A stretch of 64,000 nt of DNA from positions 36-64,035 of IMG/VR virus record IMGVR_UViG_3300042887_004553, one strand, 5' to 3'. Both the position numbers and the translations under genes were made by a program. This document shows, piece by piece, positions 29,534 through 40,192 of this stretch. Numbering within the stretch: the first letter of the stretch is position 1; the number at the start of each line of letters is the position of its first letter. This DNA comes from a virus. Its lineage: Duplodnaviria; Caudoviricetes. The notes beneath the pieces were generated by a model. The model had not been told where the DNA came from. It made no database searches and saw nothing but the letters and a program-made list of their open reading frames with translations.

Positions 29534-30396
29534 AATTTAAAGTAATCATCTGTCCATATTTTACTATCATATCCATCGAAGTAACATTCTTTCACCCAAT
29601 TGGGATCATCTATATCCACATAATAATCATCTGAGAGATCAATCCAAGGTCTAGCATTCCATAATTTATCTATATCCAGCTTTGAAGAAAAATCTTCAAC
29701 ATTAACATCTTCATTTTCTATTAAAGATAAAGGCTGTAAATTGAAAATGCCCACAGATTCGAAATGATCATAGAATTTCACATCATCTCCTGCTAATTTA
29801 TCTGAAACCCTCATCCAAGATGCTTTTATACCATACGAATGAGCACAAATTATACCATGTAGACAAGTTGATACTATTTTTTCACATTCATTGACTTGAT
29901 CAATAAATTTTTCTATTTTAGATACGTTAGTGTTTGGATCAATTATTACTGTATTCTTAAATTCATCTTTATTGTTATTAACATAATTTGATACAAAAGT
30001 GTAATCGACAATATGTGGTATTATTCCCAATTTATATTTTTTTTCTATATTTTCTTTTTTATATATTCTTGAAAGTAACATTGCTGGATCTCCAAGCGCA
30101 ACATTCGAAATATCTATACCATGTTCTTTCAATTTATCCAAAGTCCTATAACCTCTCACGGCTTTGTATATTGAATTTTTTAATGGTACAGTCTTATTAT
30201 CCATAATCCCAGTACCCCACACAATTGTATTTTTTCTGTTGCCGACACCTAAAATAGACCCAGTCATCAAAATTTTATTTTCTACCGTATGATGTGTAAA
30301 AATGAAAGGAATGTTTAGTTTTTTCAACATATAAGGAACACTTGTGTCTCCAAAATTGCTAAAAGGTACAAAGTTTACTTTTAATCGTTTATCCAT
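29530..30396 (-). CDS. Polysaccharide pyruvyl transferase
   Basis: NFGD, GSIL, WGTG, AVRGYRT, GDPAMLL, GIIPH, STCLHGIICAHSYG. Confidence 0.85.
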   Translation of the reverse strand: MDKRLKVNFVPFSNFGDTSVPYMLKKLNIPFIFTHHTVENKILMTGSILGVGNRKNTIVWGTGIMDNKTVPLKNSIYKAVRGYRTLDKLKEHGIDISNVALGDPAMLLSRIYKKENIEKKYKLGIIPHIVDYTFVSNYVNNNKDEFKNTVIIDPNTNVSKIEKFIDQVNECEKIVSTCLHGIICAHSYGIKASWMRVSDKLAGDDVKFYDHFESVGIFNLQPLSLIENEDVNVEDFSSKLDIDKLWNARPWIDLSDDYYVDIDDPNWVKECYFDGYDSKIWTDDYFKL

Positions 30397-30413
30397 ATGA
30401 AATGTCTTTCTTT

Positions 30414-31214
30414 TTATACTCTCAAATAATCAGATAAATTATTGTTGAATAATTTATCAACGTTATCATTTCTCCACAAATTACAACCACTTTTACTGGA
30501 ATTATTTGAAGCGTGTCTTATTACAGGGAAAGATTCAACTACACCATATTTTCTCCATTCATCTTGATCTTTATGTTTAGGTATATACGGTGTATGCGCT
30601 ACTATTTTTTTTATTTCTTTCATTCCCATATAAGCAGAAACCAATTCATCATCAGCCCATCCCTGCATTATATAATTTTCATCAAAATCACTCTCAAACA
30701 TTTTTCTAATATATGAAACCGATTTATAATGTTCCAATATACCAACTCTAACATTCTCGTTAACAGATATCACAAATCTATCTCTAGCATCTTTGAATTT
30801 TTCTCCAATATTATTTAAACCAGCAAATCCTATTGCGGTTTTATCGTCATTTATTTCTCTCAAACGAACATGTTCCTCTATGAGACGAGATTCATATACG
30901 AGATCATCATCGACAGTTATTATTATTTGTTCAGGATCATTTATCCTTTTTATTGTTGGATATATTTTCGTAATTGAACCATAATCTTCTGTTCTAAAAA
31001 TTTTCAATACGCTTTTTTTACTAATATCATCAAGCCATGTTGGTATAATATACTCTCTGTTATTCTTTTTATTGATATGAGGTATATTAAAATGTATTTT
31101 ATAATTTTTATATGTTTGATTTAAGAGAGAAAATATTACGCTCTGTAATCCCATTGGGTTTTCAGATTCCAATCTTTCTGGAATGGTTGTTAATGTTACA
31201 ATTACATTTTTCAT
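30414..31214 (-). CDS. GT-A fold glycosyltransferase
   Basis: VTLTTIPERL, EDYGSITK, ITVDDDLVY, DDELVS. Confidence 0.8.
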   Translation of the reverse strand: MKNVIVTLTTIPERLESENPMGLQSVIFSLLNQTYKNYKIHFNIPHINKKNNREYIIPTWLDDISKKSVLKIFRTEDYGSITKIYPTIKRINDPEQIIITVDDDLVYESRLIEEHVRLREINDDKTAIGFAGLNNIGEKFKDARDRFVISVNENVRVGILEHYKSVSYIRKMFESDFDENYIMQGWADDELVSAYMGMKEIKKIVAHTPYIPKHKDQDEWRKYGVVESFPVIRHASNNSSKSGCNLWRNDNVDKLFNNNLSDYLRV

Positions 31215-32458
31215 AAGGTCCCAGTGATTTTTTCACACCAATCCTTAGATTCACTATGAGGCCAAACAACCCAATACTTTGGATTCTTGGTGGTCTGAAA
31301 TTCTCTCCAAATCTTACAATATTTATCTGGATCATTCAACATTCCTTGTATTTCAACTCTATCCGCATCTTTTCTGTAAATAGTCTCATCATTTTCATCA
31401 TGGAATGCTACAACCCAAAAGTCGTAATCACTCTCTGGAACCTGACTATATCCAACATCGATACAATGTTTGAAGATTTTAGCAAATTCTTTCTTCCAAT
31501 TTTCTTCTCCACCCAATTCTTCAATAGATGGATTTGGTGGATATTTTTTATCTAAAGTATATTGCTGCACTGACCTATCTGAGAACATTAATCCAGCATA
31601 TTCCTCATAATCACGCAATGTCCTAGTAGTACCGAAGCCATATTTCCCATCATGACCTTCTTGTTTTTCACCATCCATACCAAACAATTTTCTGTTTGTT
31701 AAATGCGAATGAGTGTTTTTATTTCCCCAGTCCTTATCATCATCCCATTGTTTAGTTCTACCCTTCCTAGTGTATTCGTGCCAAATAACTACCTTATGTG
31801 GGTGAAATAAATCATAGCCATGAGTATATGCTCTAACTGCTATGGATATTTCTTCTCCATGAAAGTAATACTCTGGATTATGCTGAACTTCATTTGAAAA
31901 CTCACCTAATGTGAAACACAAATGGGCTGAATAAAATCTAGCGGGAACAGGTGCATCCAATTTTTCCGAATCGGGCATATCTTCTGGAAGGAAAAAGACA
32001 GCACCTTCTGGAATAAATCTGTCAAATGCCATTCTCCAAGGTTTTTGTATTCTTTCTGCTGGATCATTTTCTGGATTGAATGATGGGGCATATGTTGTCA
32101 ATAATGGTTTTTTATATCCTTTAGATTGCAACTGTTCAATCATATTGATAAGAGTTTCGTCCCAATTTGGAGCGAAACGCATATGAGAATCTATTTGCAA
32201 AGTATATTTTTCATCAGAATATAGTTGCTGTATCTTATTTCTAGCCCAACATGTACCTTTACTTTCGTTATATGGTACATCTATGATTTTAAATCTAGAA
32301 TCACTTTTAAATTCATCCATACTAGCATCATCATCACTATGTTGCCAACAAATACCAAATACTAATTTTTCTGGATTTTTTGCATTTTTAATGCAATCTT
32401 TGACGGTCAATATTAGTTGTGAATCACGATAAGAGGCTATTTGAATAAATATTTCCAT
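31211..32458 (-). CDS. GT60-like (Skp1-hydroxyproline GlcNAc-transferase / polypeptide HexNAc transferase)
   Basis: IFIQIASYRD, GTCWARN, LQIDSHMRF..NWD, YFHGEEIS...RAYTHGYDLFHP. Confidence 0.85.
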   Translation of the reverse strand: MEIFIQIASYRDSQLILTVKDCIKNAKNPEKLVFGICWQHSDDDASMDEFKSDSRFKIIDVPYNESKGTCWARNKIQQLYSDEKYTLQIDSHMRFAPNWDETLINMIEQLQSKGYKKPLLTTYAPSFNPENDPAERIQKPWRMAFDRFIPEGAVFFLPEDMPDSEKLDAPVPARFYSAHLCFTLGEFSNEVQHNPEYYFHGEEISIAVRAYTHGYDLFHPHKVVIWHEYTRKGRTKQWDDDKDWGNKNTHSHLTNRKLFGMDGEKQEGHDGKYGFGTTRTLRDYEEYAGLMFSDRSVQQYTLDKKYPPNPSIEELGGEENWKKEFAKIFKHCIDVGYSQVPESDYDFWVVAFHDENDETIYRKDADRVEIQGMLNDPDKYCKIWREFQTTKNPKYWVVWPHSESKDWCEKITGTL

Positions 32459-32503
32459 TAAAGAATTTATTCAATTAAACTTAAAAGTAAACTCCCTTTT
32501 TCT

Positions 32504-35500
32504 TTAAATATCTATCGAGTGTGGAATTAATACACTGGCTTTTTGAACACCTTTATTAATTATGTCTTGAGAATTTAAAATTTGTTGCAATTGCCCATAT
32601 GTCCCCAAATCCAATATATTGTTATATTGGGCAATATTAGTAGAACCCAATATAATAGATCCAGCCACATTTATTCTATAATAAACAGTTCCAGAGAATA
32701 AAACCCCACTATATGTTGATCCGAATTTGAATCTATATATAATCGGGCTTACTATATTATCTCCTGGATTTGTATTAGCATCTCTATCAGTGGGTGTTGG
32801 ATAAAACGTTATCTCATCTATGCTTATGAATTCTATTTCACTATCCAGATTGTTTGCTCTTATTTTGACATTTGAGTTTAATGTGGTTGAGTTTAATGTA
32901 TCAAAATCACCATTTACATATATGGTAACATCTTCGTTTAATCCACTAGATTTAAATGTGTAAATATTTCCAGATACATTTACCATATCAACTGCATTGG
33001 AATCTAAAGTTAAATCTTCATCAAACGCAAAAGAGCCAATAGACTTAGAAGCTACAGATGTTCCACCATTATAATCAATACCATTAGATGTTGTTAAGAA
33101 ATAAGAAAGATAATCATATATTTTATTTGTGCTATTTAGGTCGGAGTATAAAGATGTGACGATAACATTCGGTTCAGTTACTAGAGGATCAACATTTAAC
33201 GTTGCAACATTTATGTTGGTTACTGAAGAAATATCTTTGTCCATCGCAAAGGATCCGAGAGATTTCACGTATCCGTATTTCGCAATCGTGTATGACCAAG
33301 TACCAGTTGCTGAATCTGCTCCACCTAAAATTAATGTTTGATTTCCACTTCCGTAATAATATCTGACACCATTTGGTTTATATATTGCAATATATGCATC
33401 GGTTGGTATCGTTATATTGATAGATATAGGGACGCTTGTAGTGATTTCAGCATCAGTCACATCGTATATGATGGAATTTATTCTTGTGATGTTTATAGCA
33501 CCCGTTTTAGGGTCGTTTATAACTTTATCAATTGTACAATTGGTATAAAAAATAGAATAAGGTGAGTTCGTATTATATACCAAAGTTCCTTTTAAGATTA
33601 AACCAGTCAAATTGACAACATTTGTATCGTATAAATTTGTGGCATCTATTTCAACGTTTTGAACTGTAGATATTCCAGAAAGATAAACATTTGATGATTG
33701 AATCGTATCGAACAATAATGTCGATGTTATTTTATCCGATTTTATAGTAAATGTTGAACCATCATATTCAAATACCTTAGTGGCATTTGAATCTATGACT
33801 AAGTTATTAGTTAACAGATTTAAAGTATTACCGTATAAATAATATTCTGGATATTCCATAGCAGCACTGGTTGTGCTGTAATATGATAGATAGTTATATA
33901 TCTCTTGAATATTATTTAATATATTGAATGCCGATACATTAGTTACAACATCTGAAGCATATATATCTGGTGTAAATTTTGGAGATATATCAATAGTGGT
34001 TCCATTAACAACGAATGAACCATCTCCTATTCTGAAACCATATTTTGCATATTTATAAGTCCATGTTCCAGTAGAATTTAATGGTAAAGCTATTATTTGA
34101 TCTTGGTTTGTGTGATATTTTATATCCCCAAGATTATCATATATCGATATGTATCCACCTTGAATTGTTAAATCTAAATAAGTTGGAACCGAATTATATA
34201 ATGCTCCATTTAAAAGAGTAAATGTACCTGTTGTTGTTATTTGTCCAATAAAATTATCGCTTTTAATCGTGATAGTTGTGCCATCGAAAGCAAATGCACT
34301 TGATGCTGTTTTGTCTATTTCTACATCATAAGCACCAGCATCAATTTTATTACCGTCTCTAGTGACGATTGTATTATTTTCTCCTGTAAAATTATCATAT
34401 AAATAAGATTTTGCTCTATCATAAAATTTTTGAGGCGTATCTATCGACAAATATGCATTTACTATAGATTTATCATTTTGTGTTATTGAATTGTCATCGA
34501 ACAATAACCATTGAATATTTAATACATCAAATCCCTTTAAAGGATATGTAGTTTTTGATAAAAGATGCCCGTAACTGCAAAATTTAAATGTAAAATCGTC
34601 CGCATCTGTGTTTGAATCACTTCTACGATCAACTTTATAGAAACCACCAAACCTAGTGGTATCCCAGTCAGAATAGCTTGGTGCTTCACCAAGAGATTCT
34701 CTCCAACTATTACCACTAAAGCCAGGAATATTATATGGTCCCCCATTAACTGATCGTGCTGAGTCTTCGGTTGTAAGGTATTCTAATATTTGAGTAGCAG
34801 TTGTAACTTTGAATGTTGGAGTGTTTCCGTTTAAATCTGTCGTTTGTTGATATGTTATCGGTACAGTGTAATTGTATGATACTGTACCATTTGGATTTAA
34901 CACACCCAACGATAATGTGGGTGGTTGAGTATAATTATTATCAGATGGGTCTGGAAATGTTACATTTTTCGCATACGGCGAAGGGGTGTCTTTACAATAA
35001 ATCTTAACAGCAGAAATAGGTACATTTGCACTATTAATTGTTTTTATAGCAACTTCTTTTTTTACAAAAACACATCCTTTTTGAGCACCTGATCCAGTAG
35101 TATTTCTCCATACGCCCTTAACATTAGATCCAGTAGAAGAATTTGTAATAATCCAGTCTCTATGTGCAAAGCGTCCATCGGCGGCATGTCCTATATCATA
35201 TTCGTTAGCATTCTTAGAAGCATCGAAATTTCTTATTTCATATTCAAAATATGCGACGGTGAAACTTAAAGTTTCTATCAACGCGGCGGATCTTAAAATA
35301 AATCCTTTATCTTGCACAAATCGAGATGGATGAAAAGTAAAATCGTTGTTATATGTTTCAAAATTTCTCAATATACCCTGCATACCAGATCTAGTATCCA
35401 CCGTGCGTGTTGCAAAAATAGACAAACCATCAATATTAACCTGAGCAAGATTCGTAACACGATGGGTTACAATTGTACCACCTCTTGCCCATAAAAGACC

Positions 35501-36112
35501 ATTAGCACTAACATTAATAGAAGATTCGTTTGCTTGGAAATTTGTTGGTGATGTTCCCGTAAAATAAAGACCTGTTCCAGTAGAAAACCTAGTTCTACCT
35601 AAAACTGTTACTTCACTTCCATAATTATAACAAGCTTTTAAATTAGATGATCCGTTTGATGGTGGTATTGCTATGGTTTTGTTTGAGTCTATAGTGACGG
35701 TGTTGACAGTAACTGCTATTACTCTAAGACTTTGACTATCTAATGATGATGATGCGGTACCAGTAAACCCTACAGCATCACCAACTTGAAATGGATGACC
35801 ATTTCTAGTAAAAACAAGATTCCCATCAGCATTTAATGACCATGCTGAATTAGCACCAGAATTGTCTGGTGTTTTGTCAACATATAAACAAGGTTGAAAT
35901 GTACCATCCCCATCGTGGGAAAATATAAGAACTTCTGTTTCTGGATTATGAGACATTGTTCCTTGAATATAAAGTCTGTTTTGTCCAAAATTATAATATG
36001 TTATACCGTCATCTACGGTTCTCGTAACTCCTGCGTTCCCAGCAAGACCTGCAAAACTCGTATCTCTGCCTGTTTGTGTTATTATATTTGATGCTGGTGC
36101 TGAAAATGCCAT
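32504..36112 (-). CDS. Large beta-rich virion structural protein (fibre/adhesin-like)
   Basis: 1202 aa, Thr/Ser/Asn-rich, internal duplicated GYISIY...WTY..AKYG module; TATAAATA upstream. Confidence 0.65.
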   Translation of the reverse strand: MAFSAPASNIITQTGRDTSFAGLAGNAGVTRTVDDGITYYNFGQNRLYIQGTMSHNPETEVLIFSHDGDGTFQPCLYVDKTPDNSGANSAWSLNADGNLVFTRNGHPFQVGDAVGFTGTASSSLDSQSLRVIAVTVNTVTIDSNKTIAIPPSNGSSNLKACYNYGSEVTVLGRTRFSTGTGLYFTGTSPTNFQANESSINVSANGLLWARGGTIVTHRVTNLAQVNIDGLSIFATRTVDTRSGMQGILRNFETYNNDFTFHPSRFVQDKGFILRSAALIETLSFTVAYFEYEIRNFDASKNANEYDIGHAADGRFAHRDWIITNSSTGSNVKGVWRNTTGSGAQKGCVFVKKEVAIKTINSANVPISAVKIYCKDTPSPYAKNVTFPDPSDNNYTQPPTLSLGVLNPNGTVSYNYTVPITYQQTTDLNGNTPTFKVTTATQILEYLTTEDSARSVNGGPYNIPGFSGNSWRESLGEAPSYSDWDTTRFGGFYKVDRRSDSNTDADDFTFKFCSYGHLLSKTTYPLKGFDVLNIQWLLFDDNSITQNDKSIVNAYLSIDTPQKFYDRAKSYLYDNFTGENNTIVTRDGNKIDAGAYDVEIDKTASSAFAFDGTTITIKSDNFIGQITTTGTFTLLNGALYNSVPTYLDLTIQGGYISIYDNLGDIKYHTNQDQIIALPLNSTGTWTYKYAKYGFRIGDGSFVVNGTTIDISPKFTPDIYASDVVTNVSAFNILNNIQEIYNYLSYYSTTSAAMEYPEYYLYGNTLNLLTNNLVIDSNATKVFEYDGSTFTIKSDKITSTLLFDTIQSSNVYLSGISTVQNVEIDATNLYDTNVVNLTGLILKGTLVYNTNSPYSIFYTNCTIDKVINDPKTGAINITRINSIIYDVTDAEITTSVPISINITIPTDAYIAIYKPNGVRYYYGSGNQTLILGGADSATGTWSYTIAKYGYVKSLGSFAMDKDISSVTNINVATLNVDPLVTEPNVIVTSLYSDLNSTNKIYDYLSYFLTTSNGIDYNGGTSVASKSIGSFAFDEDLTLDSNAVDMVNVSGNIYTFKSSGLNEDVTIYVNGDFDTLNSTTLNSNVKIRANNLDSEIEFISIDEITFYPTPTDRDANTNPGDNIVSPIIYRFKFGSTYSGVLFSGTVYYRINVAGSIILGSTNIAQYNNILDLGTYGQLQQILNSQDIINKGVQKASVLIPHSIDI

Positions 36113-36125
36113 AGTTTATATATAT

Positions 36126-39100
36126 TTATATTATAATTTGTTTTCTTGCCAATAAATTTGATAAAACATTACTAGTAAAATTTTCAAAATACTCATCTCT
36201 TTGTCCATTTGTTGAAATGAAACGGTAATACGTTATATCTGATGGTGAGGATTCAAAAATATACTCATAAACATCACCAGCATCACCGCTTTCCGTTGCG
36301 GTTCCCAATAGTGTTGGAGTTGTCTTATAACCTCTTGTTAGGGTCATCCAATCTATAATTGTACCGTATATTTTACCATCAACAGTTAAAGAACCGTTTG
36401 CACTAAGTGAACCATTTATTGATCCACCAGTTAAATTTAAAAAATTAGTGTCAACATAATTGAATGTTGTATAATCGGCACTATTAGTATTAAAGGAAGT
36501 GTAAATTGAATCCCAATTAGCACTATTTGAATTAACACCAGTATAAACCGAATCCCAATTAGCAGATGTATCCTTAACTGAAGTATAAACTGAATCCCAG
36601 TTAGCAGATGTATCCTTAACTGAAGTATAAACCGAACTTAGAGAAGCGTAAACTGAATCCCAGTTAGCGGATGCATCCTTAACTGAAGTATAAACCGAAT
36701 TCCAATTAGCACTATTACTATCTACTGTACTATATACATTTAATCCTTTATTTATATCTGGATAAATTATGGAAAATAATTCCCTGCCAGCAGACATGAA
36801 ATTACCAGATGTCCAAATATCACTAGATGCACTTAATTCACCCTTAACGGTGAAATCTTTGTTTGGGGTGCTAGTTTTTACACCAACATTGGGATAGGTG
36901 CCATTATTTCCACCAATATGCAAAACTTCCAGATCTAGATCAATATCATAAAATGAAGCAATGTCTCCAGTGCCATTATTACCAACATAAAGTGCTGGTC
37001 CAGTGTTTCCAATATTAACAACACTCAATGCACTAGTAGTTGAATAGACTGTATTTAAAAAATAAGAATTGCCTGTTGAACTTAAGTTACCATAAACGGT
37101 TAAATTCGCATTGATTTTGGTTTCACCAGTTACAGTTCCTCCAGTCAAATTTAAAAAGTTACTATTAACATAATTAAATGTCGTATAATCAGCACTATTC
37201 GTGTTGAAAGAAGTATAAACCGAATCCCAGTTAGCAGATGTGTCTTTTACTGAAGTATAAACCGAATCCCATTTAGTAATATTCACAGAACTCAATGGTA
37301 AAAATTTACCATCAACATATAGCTTGGAAACTGCACCAGATTCATCTCCCCACAATGCACTCAACGCTGAAACTGTAATATATGTGCTTGTCCAATTTTC
37401 AGAACTTCCATTGGATGCATATATAATATCTTTTACATTAATATCACCAGAAACCCTCAAACTACTTGTTGTGCCTATATCGGCAGATAATGCAGACAAG
37501 TAAGACACTGTAATACCATATGTTTTGAAATTAGTGGCTGTAAAATCGTTTGCGAATATTTTATCGCTATAGATAAAATCTAAATTGGAAGATAATGCAC
37601 TTAAAAATAAAGTTTCCGTTTTTTTACTGTAAATGTAATCAGAATCGGCTGATAAAACCCTAGCATTATTTGCGGTTAATATATTAAAGTAAGATACATC
37701 TGATGTTAAATTTTGAATTAAAGTGTTATCGGCACTTAAAAATGATACGGATAAATCTTGTATTTTGGATTTATTTATAACAGAATTTTGAACATAAGAT
37801 ACATCTAAGTAGGATGATAATGCACTCAAAAATGAAACATTTAAATTATTTAATGTGGAATTTGCACTAACACTTAAATTTTCAGTTACGATCAATCCTC
37901 CTTCAACATGTAACGTGCTCAATGGGTTGGTTGTGTTTATTCCAACAAAACCATTATCAGCAATACGCATTCTTTCACTCGTAGTGCTAATTGTATCCAT
38001 TTTAGTGGTATGCAGTGATATATATGCACCAGCATTTGTTGAACTTTGATCTCCAGCGGCCTTAAAATTTATAGATGCATTTCCACCATAACCATAATTT
38101 GGATAATTTACCCCATTATGGGAAAAGGCTGTTAGCCTAACAATGGAATCATTAGCGGAAAGAGCTTTTTTTAACGATTCGTTTCCTCTGGCATGAAAAG
38201 ATCTAATATTATTTCCAGAACCATTATTGTTAATGCTTTCTATTGCTATTATTCTATCATCTGAAGTTTTAACTAAATTGAGTAAATTATTATAGCCATA
38301 TTGATCATTATATTTTACATTTCCAATATTTACATTATCATATGCTGTTAATGTATTTGTGATTGTATCATTGGAAACTAATGCTTTGGTATTAATTTCA
38401 CCTTCAACTTGATTGATAATGACGTGATCTCCAAAATTAATATTACCACTTTTATTACTTGAATTGAATAAAATTTTACCTACAAGATCGTGGTTTGTTT
38501 CTTTACTATCATCTCCAATTACAGAGTCCTGTGGAATAGCACTTAAAAAGTTTATACCAGTACCCACATTATCAAAAGTATGAGAATATGCCACTATAGA
38601 ACTTCTAATATAAAATAAAACATCACTTCCAGAATTTAATGAATCTACTGGTGGAACATATGTTTTTCCAGTTACGCTCGCATCTGCACTTAGAGAATAT
38701 ACCTTTTCAACTATAATATCACACTCATATCCCTTAGATGGAAATAATGCTGGACGTAAATTTGAAGCACTCTGGACCACAAAAAATGTACCAGAATTGT
38801 TTGCACTCAAATAATTTATTCCAGACGATAATACTGTATAACTTCTATCTACTATTTGAAAAACTTGACCAACATATGGTTTTTTGTTTTTAGGAAATTG
38901 TTGATTTGCGGATAAATCAGGTGATCCTAAATTTGTGATAACAAATGTATCAGTATCAACCCCGCTTAAAATAGCAAATTTTAAACTACCAACCATTGTT
39001 GGCTTAGGAGATTTACCGATAGATACCAAACCACTTAACCCAAAGGTACAATTACTTCCATTTACTACAGCTGTACCACCATCTGTTGCAACTATGCCCT

Positions 39101-40187
39101 CAGCACAACAAATTGTAGAGTTATCGATGACATTTATTAAACCATTACTGGATACATGTATACCCTTACCACCTTGATTGAAATGTTCACATGATTCAAT
39201 TGTCATTGAACGCAATGGACCATCTACTAAATTACCATTAACGTATATTGTACCGCCAGCATCACTCTTTGTGGACTCGGTTGGCGTTGTTATTGTGTAG
39301 CAATTAAAAATGTAAGGAGGGTTTATTATGAAAGGTCTCTCGACAGCAGAAGATAAATTATAATATTTCGTTTCCCAGAATTCTTTCTGTTTTACTAATT
39401 CTTCGGAAGTAAAAAATATTTCATTATTGTCGAAACTTCTAAAGTATCTACCCAAAAATGCAATTCTAAATGGATCTAATATTATCTGTCCAGCATCTAC
39501 GTTAAAATTTAAAAAACTAGATTTAGATAGCTTTGTTATTGGGTATTTTGCAAAGTCTAAAGCATAATAATAAGATGCCTTAGCTGTTGCTTCCACTATT
39601 CTGGTTGAAGGGTATCCCGCAACACTTGAATCGTTTAAACGAGCAAATTCTGGATAGGCAACAGCATATGCTGGTGAATAATAATCCTTAAATGTAAAAC
39701 CCTGAATGGATGTTTTATTATCCACCCAAAAAATATCGTAAAATTTATTTTTTGGTATTACGGTCACGCTTCTTGAATTCTCTCCAATTACTGTCACTCC
39801 TGGAGGAACATATATTGGATTATCTTCAACGTAACTACCAGCTCTAACATATATATTAACGGGATTGGGATAGGTTCCCCATCCATTTATGTCTTCAAAA
39901 TCTTTCGCATCTTGTGGTATGCTTCTGGATATCTCCAAAGCCTTAGCCATAGCTCTCTTAATTGTCCTAAATGCAAATGATTCGGAATTTCCCAATGCAC
40001 TATCATTTCCAGACATATTAACAAATAAAGTGTTCGGTAAAGTAGGAGATACGAATTGTTTTACAACATCAGTGACACTTTGCAAAGATGCCCTAAATTC
40101 TCCACCAAGTTCCCTATATCCAACCAAATAATCGCTAATATCTGGTGGATCGAATATTGTAAAATCACTGAATTTTTTATAAGCCAT
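36126..40187 (-). CDS. Long tail fibre/spike with beta-helix-like N-terminal region and repeat shaft
   Basis: TLFVNMSGNDS...AFRTIKRA; ERMRI...GFVGINTTNP..TLHV fibre motifs; SANWDSVY repeats. Confidence 0.75.
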   Translation of the reverse strand: MAYKKFSDFTIFDPPDISDYLVGYRELGGEFRASLQSVTDVVKQFVSPTLPNTLFVNMSGNDSALGNSESFAFRTIKRAMAKALEISRSIPQDAKDFEDINGWGTYPNPVNIYVRAGSYVEDNPIYVPPGVTVIGENSRSVTVIPKNKFYDIFWVDNKTSIQGFTFKDYYSPAYAVAYPEFARLNDSSVAGYPSTRIVEATAKASYYYALDFAKYPITKLSKSSFLNFNVDAGQIILDPFRIAFLGRYFRSFDNNEIFFTSEELVKQKEFWETKYYNLSSAVERPFIINPPYIFNCYTITTPTESTKSDAGGTIYVNGNLVDGPLRSMTIESCEHFNQGGKGIHVSSNGLINVIDNSTICCAEGIVATDGGTAVVNGSNCTFGLSGLVSIGKSPKPTMVGSLKFAILSGVDTDTFVITNLGSPDLSANQQFPKNKKPYVGQVFQIVDRSYTVLSSGINYLSANNSGTFFVVQSASNLRPALFPSKGYECDIIVEKVYSLSADASVTGKTYVPPVDSLNSGSDVLFYIRSSIVAYSHTFDNVGTGINFLSAIPQDSVIGDDSKETNHDLVGKILFNSSNKSGNINFGDHVIINQVEGEINTKALVSNDTITNTLTAYDNVNIGNVKYNDQYGYNNLLNLVKTSDDRIIAIESINNNGSGNNIRSFHARGNESLKKALSANDSIVRLTAFSHNGVNYPNYGYGGNASINFKAAGDQSSTNAGAYISLHTTKMDTISTTSERMRIADNGFVGINTTNPLSTLHVEGGLIVTENLSVSANSTLNNLNVSFLSALSSYLDVSYVQNSVINKSKIQDLSVSFLSADNTLIQNLTSDVSYFNILTANNARVLSADSDYIYSKKTETLFLSALSSNLDFIYSDKIFANDFTATNFKTYGITVSYLSALSADIGTTSSLRVSGDINVKDIIYASNGSSENWTSTYITVSALSALWGDESGAVSKLYVDGKFLPLSSVNITKWDSVYTSVKDTSANWDSVYTSFNTNSADYTTFNYVNSNFLNLTGGTVTGETKINANLTVYGNLSSTGNSYFLNTVYSTTSALSVVNIGNTGPALYVGNNGTGDIASFYDIDLDLEVLHIGGNNGTYPNVGVKTSTPNKDFTVKGELSASSDIWTSGNFMSAGRELFSIIYPDINKGLNVYSTVDSNSANWNSVYTSVKDASANWDSVYASLSSVYTSVKDTSANWDSVYTSVKDTSANWDSVYTGVNSNSANWDSIYTSFNTNSADYTTFNYVDTNFLNLTGGSINGSLSANGSLTVDGKIYGTIIDWMTLTRGYKTTPTLLGTATESGDAGDVYEYIFESSPSDITYYRFISTNGQRDEYFENFTSNVLSNLLARKQIII
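36480..36720 (-). repeat. 14-aa (42-nt) [13 protein letters not shown](T/A) coding repeats
   Basis: At least five tandem units; further copies near 37190-37270 and 63290-63345. Confidence 0.85.
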
Positions 40188-40192
40188 TTTAA

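Noticed and set aside
9933-32458. Eukaryotic giant-virus origin suggested by eukaryote-like GT families
   Set aside because: T4-type capsid, sheath, tube, terminase, spanin/endolysin and bacterial promoters show a bacteriophage
32504-40187. Diversity-generating retroelement acting on fibres
   Set aside because: No reverse transcriptase, and no template/variable repeat pair differing only at adenines was seen
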